From a virus (Duplodnaviria > Heunggongvirae > Uroviricota > Caudoviricetes): DNA of 34,858 nt. The translations under genes and the position numbers were made by a program. Position 1 is the first letter of the stretch, and the number at the start of each line of letters is the position of its first letter. Below the pieces are notes generated by a model. That model saw only the letters and a list, made by a program, of their open reading frames with translations. It was not told where the DNA came from and ran no database searches. Below, one piece after another: positions 17,874 through 26,632 of the stretch. The stretch is taken from IMG/VR virus record IMGVR_UViG_3300042892_004104; one strand, given 5' to 3'.

Positions 17874-18259
17874 GTGCCGCTCGTGAAAAAGATCAAGCAG
17901 ACTTTGATCTCGAGCGATTTGTTGACATGTTCGACGAAGCCATGACCAGTCAGGATCCGCGTGTGATGGATTCATTACGCAGTCTCATGATGATTGTGAC
18001 ACTGACTCGTCCTGAAACCAAAACAGCACACAGTCGCAATCACGGGCCTCTAAGAAGATTGTTCGAAGATATGAACCATCTAAATAGACGTATGCATGAC
18101 ATGGAAGACAAAGTCAATGCTATGAGTCGATCTGGTGATTCAGCTGAAAAATATGCATACACACAATACCCCAACGAAAAGTATGTCATGACTGCTACAC
18201 AAGCTATGGCAGCGCAAATTGATCGAGATGTATTGAACCGAGTACAAGGACTAAAATGA
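17870..18259 (+). CDS. Hypothetical protein with coiled coil
   Basis: ATGA overlaps on both sides. Confidence 0.65.
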   Translation: MSAAREKDQADFDLERFVDMFDEAMTSQDPRVMDSLRSLMMIVTLTRPETKTAHSRNHGPLRRLFEDMNHLNRRMHDMEDKVNAMSRSGDSAEKYAYTQYPNEKYVMTATQAMAAQIDRDVLNRVQGLK

Positions 18260-19458
18260 GAAAACTATTTTATTGTGGTTTGGAGTCGTATGAAGCAAGG
18301 TACACTCTACAACTCACCGAATGGAACCGTAGAGTATTTGACCGTAGAGGGTTGGATGTAGTCTATGTGCCTGGCGAAACCCTAGACAACAGCAAGAGCA
18401 TTGTGGTGGGTCAGGTGCTGGACGCACATGGTCGCAGTTATTTTGGCATGAGCCAAATGATGAATCTGGTTCGAATGATGCGCGAAGGCGAAGTCACCAG
18501 TGAAGATGTGATCTACTTTGAAGACATGTTCCAACCAGGCATTGAGAGTTTGCCATACATCATGGACCAAATTCCCGCTAACATGCGACCACGTGTGTAT
18601 GTACGTTGTTTGGCACAGGCAATTGATCCTGATGACTTTGTTCATGTATGGGGCATGGAAAAGTGGATGGGCTTGTATGAAAAAATGGTCAATGAGTTTG
18701 TGACCGGTGTGCTTGCTACCAACGAAGAAATGGTTGCTCACATGCGTATTGCAGGTTGGACTGCTCCTATCTACAACATCTCAGGACTAGCATTTGGCAA
18801 GGCTGAAGTTCTGGAACGCATTGGTGGTGCAGAAAAAGTCCGACCATTTGAAGAACGCAAGCGGCGTGTGGGTTTTGCAGCTAGGTTTGATCAAGAAAAG
18901 CAGCCGGGCTTCTTCATGGATCTGATTGAGATGTATGGTGAACTTACTAACGAGCCTTGTGAGTTTGCTATCTACTCCGGCGGTACATTGCGCAGCAACA
19001 ATCCTGAATTTGTGACCCGTGCTAGACGAATGGAAGCAGCCGGTAAATTAAAAATCTACGACAACATCACAAAAAATGATTACTACTCTCACCTTAATGA
19101 TACTCGTGTGCTGTTTAATTGCGCCCTGCAAGATTGGGTTTCCAACACAGTCAGTGAAGCAGATACTCTTGGCTGTAATGTTCTATACCCTGCTTATAGG
19201 TCTTTCCCTGAAACTTTTTCTAATGACCCTAACAGGCTCTATGTTCCTTGGAGCATAGATGATGCTTATCACAAGATGCAGAACTTGTTGCGTGAACCAC
19301 ATCACAACATGGGCTTGATCAGTAACTGGAACAACGGCACAGTTGATCGCGTAATCGATATCATTGAAGGCAAGGGCGAACAATGGAATCGTGCTGGCAA
19401 TCGATATCGTGATCATGTGGCACAAGACAAATATCATGTGAGAAAGATTGAATCATGA
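18256..19458 (+). CDS. GT-B fold (GT4-like) glycosyltransferase, 400 aa
   Basis: GFAARFDQEKQP (GR...K motif) and QDWVSNTVSEADTLGCNVLYP (E.f....lEA..G.pv motif). Confidence 0.8.
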   Translation: MRKLFYCGLESYEARYTLQLTEWNRRVFDRRGLDVVYVPGETLDNSKSIVVGQVLDAHGRSYFGMSQMMNLVRMMREGEVTSEDVIYFEDMFQPGIESLPYIMDQIPANMRPRVYVRCLAQAIDPDDFVHVWGMEKWMGLYEKMVNEFVTGVLATNEEMVAHMRIAGWTAPIYNISGLAFGKAEVLERIGGAEKVRPFEERKRRVGFAARFDQEKQPGFFMDLIEMYGELTNEPCEFAIYSGGTLRSNNPEFVTRARRMEAAGKLKIYDNITKNDYYSHLNDTRVLFNCALQDWVSNTVSEADTLGCNVLYPAYRSFPETFSNDPNRLYVPWSIDDAYHKMQNLLREPHHNMGLISNWNNGTVDRVIDIIEGKGEQWNRAGNRYRDHVAQDKYHVRKIES

Positions 19459-20402
19459 GCACTGTTGTAGTCACTGGCGCCGCTGGCTACATTGGCGGGC
19501 AAATTGCCTTACAGCTCAAGGATGCAGGGCACGCCATAACAGGGATTGATCGTAGACCCCTGCCAACGCATCTTACAGGTGTTATGGATTTTGTGCAAGC
19601 AGACTTTGACTGTAATGAATCCTTCAGGAAACTGCTTGATGTCAGGCCAGATGCTGTTGTACACTGTGCTGGTTCCAGCCTGGTTGGCCCCAGCATGAAA
19701 ACTCCCAGCGACTACTATCACAACAACATGGCCAGAACCATGCACCTGTTGGACTTTGTGTTGGCAGCCATGCCACAGACTAGAATTATTTTTAGTTCAA
19801 GCGCCGCGGTGTACGGTGAGCCAGTTATGGCTAATTGTCACGAAGTTGATCCCAAAGAACCTATCAGTCCTTATGGCGAAAGCAAGCTGATGATTGACTG
19901 GATGCTGGAAGCATACCGACGTGCGTATGGTCTTGATTATGTCAGCTTTCGTTATTTCAATGCGTGTGGAGCTGATGCTCAAAAGCGACATGGTCAAGAA
20001 CCTGGTGCTACTCACATTATTGCGCGAGTTTTAGAATGTTTGCGTGATGACGCTGAGTTCACACTGAATGGCACCAACTATCCCACGCCGGATGGCACCT
20101 GCATTCGCGACTATGTACATGTGGAAGACATTGCTCGAGCTCATGCTCTTGCTCTAGATCGTGCTGTGCCAGCTGGAGTATATAATCTAGGTTCTGGTAC
20201 AGGCATCAGCAACCGAGAAATCATTGCTGCGGCAGAACGCATCACTGGCAAAGAACTAAAAATTATATCCGGTAAACAACGTGACGGTGATCCTCCGTTG
20301 TTAACCGCCAGTGCAGGCAAGTTTAATTCAGTAGCAGATCAGTGGCAACAACATGATCTTGACGCCATGATCGGTCATGCCTGGGCTTGGTATGTTCGAT
20401 AA
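19455..20402 (+). CDS. galE: UDP-glucose 4-epimerase-like extended SDR
   Basis: TGAAGYIG, FSSSAAVYG, YGESK, RYFNACGA, GTCIRDYVHVEDIA. Confidence 0.9.
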   Translation: MSTVVVTGAAGYIGGQIALQLKDAGHAITGIDRRPLPTHLTGVMDFVQADFDCNESFRKLLDVRPDAVVHCAGSSLVGPSMKTPSDYYHNNMARTMHLLDFVLAAMPQTRIIFSSSAAVYGEPVMANCHEVDPKEPISPYGESKLMIDWMLEAYRRAYGLDYVSFRYFNACGADAQKRHGQEPGATHIIARVLECLRDDAEFTLNGTNYPTPDGTCIRDYVHVEDIARAHALALDRAVPAGVYNLGSGTGISNREIIAAAERITGKELKIISGKQRDGDPPLLTASAGKFNSVADQWQQHDLDAMIGHAWAWYVR

Positions 20403-20979
20403 GATTCTAAAGTTTGAACATGCGCTGGCAGAGTTCACTGGCGCACCTTATGTGATCATGACTGATTGCTGCACACATGCCATTGAACTTTGTCTACGCC
20501 ATGATCGAGTACGAAGCTGTAGCTTTACTGCATTTACCTATCTGAGTGTGGCCATGACCATGCACAAGCTGGGCATCAAATACAGCTTGGAAAATGAAGA
20601 CTGGACTGGTGAGTATCACATTCATGACACTCGAATCTGGGACAGCGCTCGACGACTGGAAAAGAACATGTATCGACCTGGCGCTATGCAGTGTCTGAGT
20701 TTTGGCCACGGCAAACCTCTGCACATTGGCCGAGGTGGTGCTATCTTGCTGGATGACCCAGCCGCATACAAGACCATGATCCGTCAACGATATGATGGTC
20801 GCGACCTCGATATCACACCCTGGCAAGCACAACACACATTTCAAGTTGGTTATCACTACAAGCCCACACCCGAAGAAGCTGTTCAAGGCCTGGCCATGTT
20901 AGAAGGTATCAAAGAACAGGGCTGTGTGCCTGTGCCTGTCGCTTACCCAGATTTAAGAAACATTACCATAGTAGATTGA
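20392..20979 (+). CDS. Compact DegT/DnrJ/EryC1/StrS-like PLP-dependent sugar aminotransferase (195 aa)
   Basis: FE..LAEFTGA...CTHAIELCL, WDSAR, CLSFGHGKPLHIGRGGAIL (PLP Lys), GYHY; about half the usual length. Confidence 0.7.
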   Translation: MFDKILKFEHALAEFTGAPYVIMTDCCTHAIELCLRHDRVRSCSFTAFTYLSVAMTMHKLGIKYSLENEDWTGEYHIHDTRIWDSARRLEKNMYRPGAMQCLSFGHGKPLHIGRGGAILLDDPAAYKTMIRQRYDGRDLDITPWQAQHTFQVGYHYKPTPEEAVQGLAMLEGIKEQGCVPVPVAYPDLRNITIVD

Positions 20980-21004
20980 CTTTGCGGTCTAAATACTATA
21001 CAAT
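20976..21004 (+). promoter_or_regulatory. sigma70-type promoter with embedded CTAAATA late motif
   Basis: TTGACT-17 nt-TACAAT; CTAAATA at 20989-20995. Confidence 0.6.
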
Positions 21005-21045
21005 TAACAAAACGCAATCCACTGCGTCAACATCGGAGAACATAA

Positions 21046-21885
21046 TTGACAAAAGAATTTGTACCAGAAAAAATATTACGCAACACAGCTGAATTTGCGC
21101 CAGATCAACTACTACATCCTGTAGCCGAATCAAAAACACATAACAATATCATTGCAGGTGCAGAGCAACAAGGCGATGACGATAAAGATTATAAAGAAGC
21201 ATACCTAGGTGATCATCTTCGCTTCAAGATGAAACGTGAAGGCAAACGTTTCTGGGCAGGCGATAACATCAGCGAATATGTCACAGAAGAAAATAAAGAA
21301 CGCTTGATCGACGAAGCAGCCGAAGCATTTGAAACAGTGCTGGATCGACTGCTTATTGATCGAGAAACAGATCCCAACTCAAAAGGCACAGCAAGGCGCC
21401 TGGCCAAAATGTATTTTAAGGAGATCATGGAAGGTAGATATGAACCAGCACCAGACGCAACAGCGTTCCCAAATGATAGTGAAGACCGTTATGAAGGTAT
21501 GCTTGTTGTTCGAAGCGAGCTTCGTTCTATGTGTAGCCATCATCATCAACCCGTTAGCGGCGTTGCTTACATTGGTATTATTGCTGCTAATAAACTTATT
21601 GGTCTGTCTAAGTATACTCGCATTGCTCAGTGGTGTGCTCGCCGGGGCACACTTCAAGAAGAACTGTGTAATGACATTGCCCGAGAAATCTCCAAAGCTA
21701 CCGACAGTGAAAACGTAGCAGTGTATATTCAGGCCACACATGGCTGCTGTGAGAATCGCGGCATCATGGCACATTCAAGTCTAACACAGACCACAGTGCT
21801 CAAAGGTGCATTCAAGATGGACCAAGGTGTCAAGAAAGAATTCTTTGACAATATCAAACTACAACAGGACTTTGCACCACGATGA
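21046..21885 (+). CDS. folE: GTP cyclohydrolase I
   Basis: TARRLAKMY, SMCSHH, GLSKYTRI, LQEEL, HGCCENRG; TTG start with SD GGAG. Confidence 0.95.
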   Translation: MTKEFVPEKILRNTAEFAPDQLLHPVAESKTHNNIIAGAEQQGDDDKDYKEAYLGDHLRFKMKREGKRFWAGDNISEYVTEENKERLIDEAAEAFETVLDRLLIDRETDPNSKGTARRLAKMYFKEIMEGRYEPAPDATAFPNDSEDRYEGMLVVRSELRSMCSHHHQPVSGVAYIGIIAANKLIGLSKYTRIAQWCARRGTLQEELCNDIAREISKATDSENVAVYIQATHGCCENRGIMAHSSLTQTTVLKGAFKMDQGVKKEFFDNIKLQQDFAPR

Positions 21886-22277
21886 CTGATTTAGAACAAG
21901 CAATGCAGGACAAAATTGCTCCCTGGAACTTGGAAGTCTCTGAGTTAACAGATTTTCATGTGGCTGTGTTTCAGGATCGATATCCGGTGACTCATGGTCA
22001 CTTGTTGTTTGTACCCAAATACAATACTGCGGGAGTGATCCAGGATTGTTTTGAATCTGCCATGGCCGAAGGCAACCGAATGGTCGCAGCCGGCGAATGC
22101 GATGCATTCAACGTGGGTATGAACTCGGGTGCTGCTGCTGGACAAACAGTGATGTATCCGCATATACATCTGATTCCCAGGCGTACAGGCGACTGCACAG
22201 ATCCTGTGGGCGGTGTGCGTGGTGTTATTGCAGGCCAGGCCAACTACAAACAACCCGGCTATCAACAGCCGTCATAA
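21882..22277 (+). CDS. HIT-family nucleotide hydrolase
   Basis: DRYPVTHGHLLFVPK, FNVGMN.G.AAGQTVMYPHIHLIPRR (first triad His replaced by Tyr). Confidence 0.85.
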   Translation: MTDLEQAMQDKIAPWNLEVSELTDFHVAVFQDRYPVTHGHLLFVPKYNTAGVIQDCFESAMAEGNRMVAAGECDAFNVGMNSGAAAGQTVMYPHIHLIPRRTGDCTDPVGGVRGVIAGQANYKQPGYQQPS

Positions 22278-22310
22278 GTAATGATCAAGCGGTCTTGGTG
22301 TCATTCCCGC

Positions 22311-22339
22311 TTTACAAACTCTGCCACCTATGCTATAAT
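22311..22339 (+). promoter_or_regulatory. sigma70-type promoter with extended -10, upstream of queD
   Basis: TTTACA-17 nt-TATAAT with TG at 22331-22332. Confidence 0.75.
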
Positions 22340-22356
22340 CACATAGGAGAAAAAAC

Positions 22357-22908
22357 ATGGCAAACTCATCAGTCGACTTAATCCGTCATTTAGAAGAAAA
22401 CTTACAAAACACTAGACCAGTGAACTATAGGTACACCAGCACCAAAGAGTATCACGACTCTTTTCCCTGCGCTTATAGACAATGGCGGGCTGATAGTCAC
22501 TGTAATCTAATACACGGCTACAGCTTCAACATGAAGTTTTACTTTGGTACCAATGATCTGGATGCTCGCAACTGGGCTGCTGACTATGGCGGGCTTAAAG
22601 AACTCAAGGCTGTACTAGAAAGTCAATTTGATCACACTCTGCTGGTGGCCGAAGACGATCCTGAACTGGCATTTTACAAAGAAATGGAACAGCGCAAGTT
22701 GGCCAAACTGACAATTCTGCCTAAGCTGGGTTGTGAAGGTCTGGCAGATCAGCTGTACAAGTATGTGAATGGTGTTTACATTCCTGACATGTGGGGCCAA
22801 GCCGAGTCCAATCGCTTGTGGTGCTATCGTGTGGAAGTTCGCGAAACACAAGCCAACATGGCGTTCCGCGAAGGACATCGTGAGTGGAATGAAGATTTAT
22901 TTGCGTGA
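22357..22908 (+). CDS. queD: 6-carboxy-5,6,7,8-tetrahydropterin synthase
   Basis: SHCNLIHGYS, DYGGLKELK...QFDHTLL, GCEGLA, VEVRET. Confidence 0.9.
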   Translation: MANSSVDLIRHLEENLQNTRPVNYRYTSTKEYHDSFPCAYRQWRADSHCNLIHGYSFNMKFYFGTNDLDARNWAADYGGLKELKAVLESQFDHTLLVAEDDPELAFYKEMEQRKLAKLTILPKLGCEGLADQLYKYVNGVYIPDMWGQAESNRLWCYRVEVRETQANMAFREGHREWNEDLFA

Positions 22909-23126
22909 GAAAACTAGCAACAGGTGCTGAAGTTCCTGATCTGGACAAGGCTGTGACACTCACAATCAAAACCAAGTGTCCTGCCAAGTGGATGCTGGTT
23001 GACATGGAAACTAGCGAAATGTATTCTCCATACGATACTCCTGGAAAACTGCAATGGAAAAAAATTGATCAAGATCAACATCCAGTGCTGAAACTTTTAA
23101 AGATTTATCCAAATGAAAAAATATAA
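22905..23126 (+). CDS. Hypothetical protein
   Basis: GTGA overlap with queD; TIKTKCPAKWMLVDMET motif. Confidence 0.55.
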   Translation: MRKLATGAEVPDLDKAVTLTIKTKCPAKWMLVDMETSEMYSPYDTPGKLQWKKIDQDQHPVLKLLKIYPNEKI

Positions 23127-23967
23127 CATAGCAATTTTGCTGCCTACTCGTGGCAGAACACATGCGTTGGATCGCAGTGTACGTACCTTGATCGACAACG
23201 CACATGACATAAAGAATGTACAGATCATGTTTGGATTTGATCGCGACGACACAGTGGGACTTGATTATTTTCGCACCAGTCTCCAACCCAAACTGGATCA
23301 ACAGGGTGTGGATTATGTGGCTGTGCAGTTTAATCCCCTGGGCTATATCAACATCAACCGATATGGCAATATCTTGGCCGAACATGCTGACGCAGACTGG
23401 TACATGTTCTGGAACGACGATGCTATTATGGAGACAGCTGAGTGGGACAGAATGATCGGCGAACGCACTGGTGAGTTTCGACTGTTGGCGGTGCACACTC
23501 ACAATGATCACCCTTACAGCATTTTTCCCATTGTGCCTGCAGAGTGGATGGACATTCTTGGCCACTTGAGTCCGCATCAAATGATTGACGCTTGGTTGAG
23601 TCAACAGGCCTACATGTTGGACATCATGGACCGACTAGAAATCTATGTCACCCACGATCGTCATGATCTCACTGGCAACAATGCTGACGCCACGTTCAAA
23701 GGACGTATAGCACTGGAAGGCCGTCCTCATGATCCTGTAGACTTCCATCATATCTCCAACACTAAACGTCGCATGGCAGAATGTGAAAAACTTGCAGTTT
23801 ACATGCGATCTCTAGGCACGGATACTGCCTGGTGGGATAGCGTCAAAGCTGGTACACAAGATCCCTGGGTCAAACTCAAAGATTTTGATACCAATCATCA
23901 GATGGTACAGTTCAACATGAAAGTTGATCCTGCCAGTGGCCAAGTAAATTATACTCCTGACCAATGA
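23113..23967 (+). CDS. GT-A fold (GT2-like) glycosyltransferase
   Basis: IAILLPTRGR, MFGFDRDD, YMFWNDDA (DxD-like), FPIV, MIDAWL. Confidence 0.75.
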   Translation: MKKYNIAILLPTRGRTHALDRSVRTLIDNAHDIKNVQIMFGFDRDDTVGLDYFRTSLQPKLDQQGVDYVAVQFNPLGYININRYGNILAEHADADWYMFWNDDAIMETAEWDRMIGERTGEFRLLAVHTHNDHPYSIFPIVPAEWMDILGHLSPHQMIDAWLSQQAYMLDIMDRLEIYVTHDRHDLTGNNADATFKGRIALEGRPHDPVDFHHISNTKRRMAECEKLAVYMRSLGTDTAWWDSVKAGTQDPWVKLKDFDTNHQMVQFNMKVDPASGQVNYTPDQ

Positions 23968-24374
23968 CCCAGAAAATCCACAGTCGATCCCAACCAGACA
24001 CTTTGTTAGCGTGTGTGATGTCAGCAGCTGACGCTGCAGGTCGCACGGACGCAGCAGATGCAGAAGAAATTTTACAAGCCAGTATTTTGCGATTGCCCAC
24101 TGGCAAAACTATTGCTCCGCACTGTCATCTGCCACAGGTGCGAACTACTACAGGCACCTGTGAAGCCTGGGTTGTGGTGTCGGGTCGTGTGGTAGCACAG
24201 GTGTTTGATCTTGACCAGTCACTGGTCGCAACTGTGGGATTGACTGCAGGCGACTGTATGATCTTGTATCGCGGTGGGCACAACTTCACAGTGGTATCTG
24301 TAGATGCTGTGATATACGAAATCAAAAACGGTCCCTACAACGGACCCAAAGCTGACTCGGAAAAAATTCAATGA
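23964..24374 (+). CDS. Cupin-fold protein (WbuC-like/sugar isomerase-like)
   Basis: APHCH...CEAWVVVSG...GGHNF...YEIKNGPY cupin H/H/E/H pattern. Confidence 0.7.
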   Translation: MTQKIHSRSQPDTLLACVMSAADAAGRTDAADAEEILQASILRLPTGKTIAPHCHLPQVRTTTGTCEAWVVVSGRVVAQVFDLDQSLVATVGLTAGDCMILYRGGHNFTVVSVDAVIYEIKNGPYNGPKADSEKIQ

Positions 24375-24943
24375 AAACACTGGTATTTGGATCCACAGGA
24401 GGTATTGGTTCCTGTGTGAGTGATCAATTGACTCAACAAGGACATCAAGTTGTAACTGTCACTCGTGCTGAGTTAGAATGCAGCAATGACTTTTTAGAAC
24501 AACAGATCTCTGATATCATTGCCCGAACGGAACCAGACTGGATATTCAACTGTATTGGTACGTTGGGCACCAATCAAAGCAGGTACCGAGAAGTATTTGA
24601 TGCCAACTTTGGTAGTGCCTGGGCCATTGTGCGACACTATATCGACCACCCTGATCAAGCAGTCAAAATTGTACTGACCGGAAGTGCTGTACACAATCAA
24701 CCTCGTCGCAATCTGGTGCTGTATGCTGCCAGCAAATCGGCACTGCACAACATGTGGCAAAGCACTGAAGACATATTTGCCGGAACCAATGTACACATTG
24801 CCTTGATACATCCTCCCAGAGTCAACACACCAATGTTGAATGGTAGACCAGGTGCCAGTTTGGAGCCAGAATACATGGCTCAGGTCATGATAGATTTGAC
24901 ACGCACAATGAAAAGTCGTACACTACTAGAACTAGGAACTTAA
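24371..24943 (+). CDS. Short-chain dehydrogenase/reductase
   Basis: GSTGGIG Rossmann motif, catalytic YAASK, IHPPRVNTPM. Confidence 0.85.
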   Translation: MKTLVFGSTGGIGSCVSDQLTQQGHQVVTVTRAELECSNDFLEQQISDIIARTEPDWIFNCIGTLGTNQSRYREVFDANFGSAWAIVRHYIDHPDQAVKIVLTGSAVHNQPRRNLVLYAASKSALHNMWQSTEDIFAGTNVHIALIHPPRVNTPMLNGRPGASLEPEYMAQVMIDLTRTMKSRTLLELGT

Positions 24944-24945
24944 CA

Positions 24946-25923
24946 ATGAAAACAGCATTTATTACAGGCATTGCAGGACAAGACGGCAGTTATTTGGCCG
25001 AACACCTGCTGGAACAGGGCTATAGAGTCACTGGCATCATTCGACGCAATTCAACTGTGGAGCATCAAAAGGATCGCATTGGCAATCTACCAGTGGAAGT
25101 GGAATACGGTGACCTAACTGATCAAAGCAGTCTGGAACGTGCACTGCGACTGTATCAACCCAATGAAATCTACAACCTGGGTGCACAAAGTCATGTGCGT
25201 ATCAGTAGCGACATTCCACAGTTTACCACACAGGTCAATGCCTTGGGTGTGATCAACATGTTGGAGGCCTATCGCACTGTGGTTCCCGAAGCTAGATTTT
25301 ATCAAGCTAGCAGCAGCGAGATGTTTGGATCCAGTGTGGATGCTGACAATTATCAGCGTGAGACCACTCCCATGCGACCGGTGAGCCCATATGGTTGTAC
25401 CAAGGTGTTTGCCTACAACATGGTACATCACTATCGCAAGGCCTACCGGTTGCATGCGTCAAACGGTATATTGTTCAACCATGAGAGCCCGCGCCGTGGC
25501 TCAAATTTTGTGACCAACAAAGTGGTCAAAGGTGCTGTGGAGATTGCTCTGGGCTTGAGTAACCAGTTGGAGATGGGCAATATGGACAGTTATCGTGACT
25601 GGGGTCACAGCTATGATTATGTGCGAGCCATGCACCTGATTACACAACAAGACCAACCTGACGACTTTGTGGTGTCCACTGGCATTACTAGATCTGTGCG
25701 AGACATGTGTGAATATGTATTTGGACAACTGGGATTGAATTATCAAGACCATGTGATTCAGAATCCTAAATACCTTCGCCCAGAAGAACTGCCTTACTTG
25801 CGTGGAGACAACACCAAGATTGTCAAGCAACTGGGATGGCAACTCACATACACATTTGAAGCACTCATGGACGAAATGATTGAGCACTGGCAACACATTT
25901 ACAGCCGACAACGCAACGATTAA
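24946..25923 (+). CDS. gmd: GDP-mannose 4,6-dehydratase
   Basis: ITGIAGQDGSYLAE, YNLGAQSHV, YQASSSEMFG, PVSPYG..K, NGILFNHESPRRG, RDWGH. Confidence 0.95.
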   Translation: MKTAFITGIAGQDGSYLAEHLLEQGYRVTGIIRRNSTVEHQKDRIGNLPVEVEYGDLTDQSSLERALRLYQPNEIYNLGAQSHVRISSDIPQFTTQVNALGVINMLEAYRTVVPEARFYQASSSEMFGSSVDADNYQRETTPMRPVSPYGCTKVFAYNMVHHYRKAYRLHASNGILFNHESPRRGSNFVTNKVVKGAVEIALGLSNQLEMGNMDSYRDWGHSYDYVRAMHLITQQDQPDDFVVSTGITRSVRDMCEYVFGQLGLNYQDHVIQNPKYLRPEELPYLRGDNTKIVKQLGWQLTYTFEALMDEMIEHWQHIYSRQRND

Positions 25924-25924
25924 C

Positions 25925-26632
25925 ATGAAAAAACTATTTACATTCGGATGTAGTTTTACCAACTATCGCTGGAGTACGTGGGCTAATTGTTTGGCCCCAG
26001 AATTTGATTATTTTGAAAATTGGGGGCAAGCCGGCGGCGGCAATCATTATATTTTTAATTCAGTAATGGAAGCGGATCAACGGTATTCATTTGGACCTGA
26101 CGATACTGTAGTAGTTTGTTGGACCAGCATTGATCGAGAAGACCGGTACATACAAGACAGATGGCACACACCGGGTAATGCATATTTTGCCAAGACAGTG
26201 TATCATCCAGACTATCTTCGATCTCACATTGATGAGCGAGGATTTTTAATTCGCGATCTGGCATACATCAAAGCTGTAAAAACTTTGTTAGAAAACCGGC
26301 CGGGCATAAACTGGAAATTTTTAAGCATGGTAGAACTAATGGCTCGACCTGTTGCCGACGACAATGTCAGTGTTTATAGAGATGTTATGAGACTGTATTC
26401 AGATGTGCTAGATACTATTTTGCCTGGATACGACAAAACTGTTTTTTTAAACAACTGGCCTAAACCAGGAGATGATCCACATCCCAGTCCCGAAGAACAT
26501 TTGGCTTATCTAGATGTAGTGTTGCCAGGTTGGGTGACAAAAGAATCAACTCGTGTTAAAATGCATGAGGAAAGTATTAATTTAACAAAAACCCCTGCAC
26601 GTTCAGGAATAGCAAAGGTAAAAAGATTATGA
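25925..26632 (+). CDS. SGNH-hydrolase-like protein
   Basis: TFGCSFT, NWGQAGGGN, WTSIDRED, DPHPSP.EH; ATGA overlap with queE. Confidence 0.6.
   Translation: MKKLFTFGCSFTNYRWSTWANCLAPEFDYFENWGQAGGGNHYIFNSVMEADQRYSFGPDDTVVVCWTSIDREDRYIQDRWHTPGNAYFAKTVYHPDYLRSHIDERGFLIRDLAYIKAVKTLLENRPGINWKFLSMVELMARPVADDNVSVYRDVMRLYSDVLDTILPGYDKTVFLNNWPKPGDDPHPSPEEHLAYLDVVLPGWVTKESTRVKMHEESINLTKTPARSGIAKVKRL

Noticed and set aside
20392-21045. Frameshifted second half of the DegT gene
   Set aside because: Only 66 nt separate its stop from folE, and they contain a promoter and leader, not coding sequence.
22285-22330. Canonical preQ1-I riboswitch call
   Set aside because: The loop and 3' tail lack the conserved UUC...C and AUAAAAAACUA pattern, so it is kept only as an unassigned candidate.
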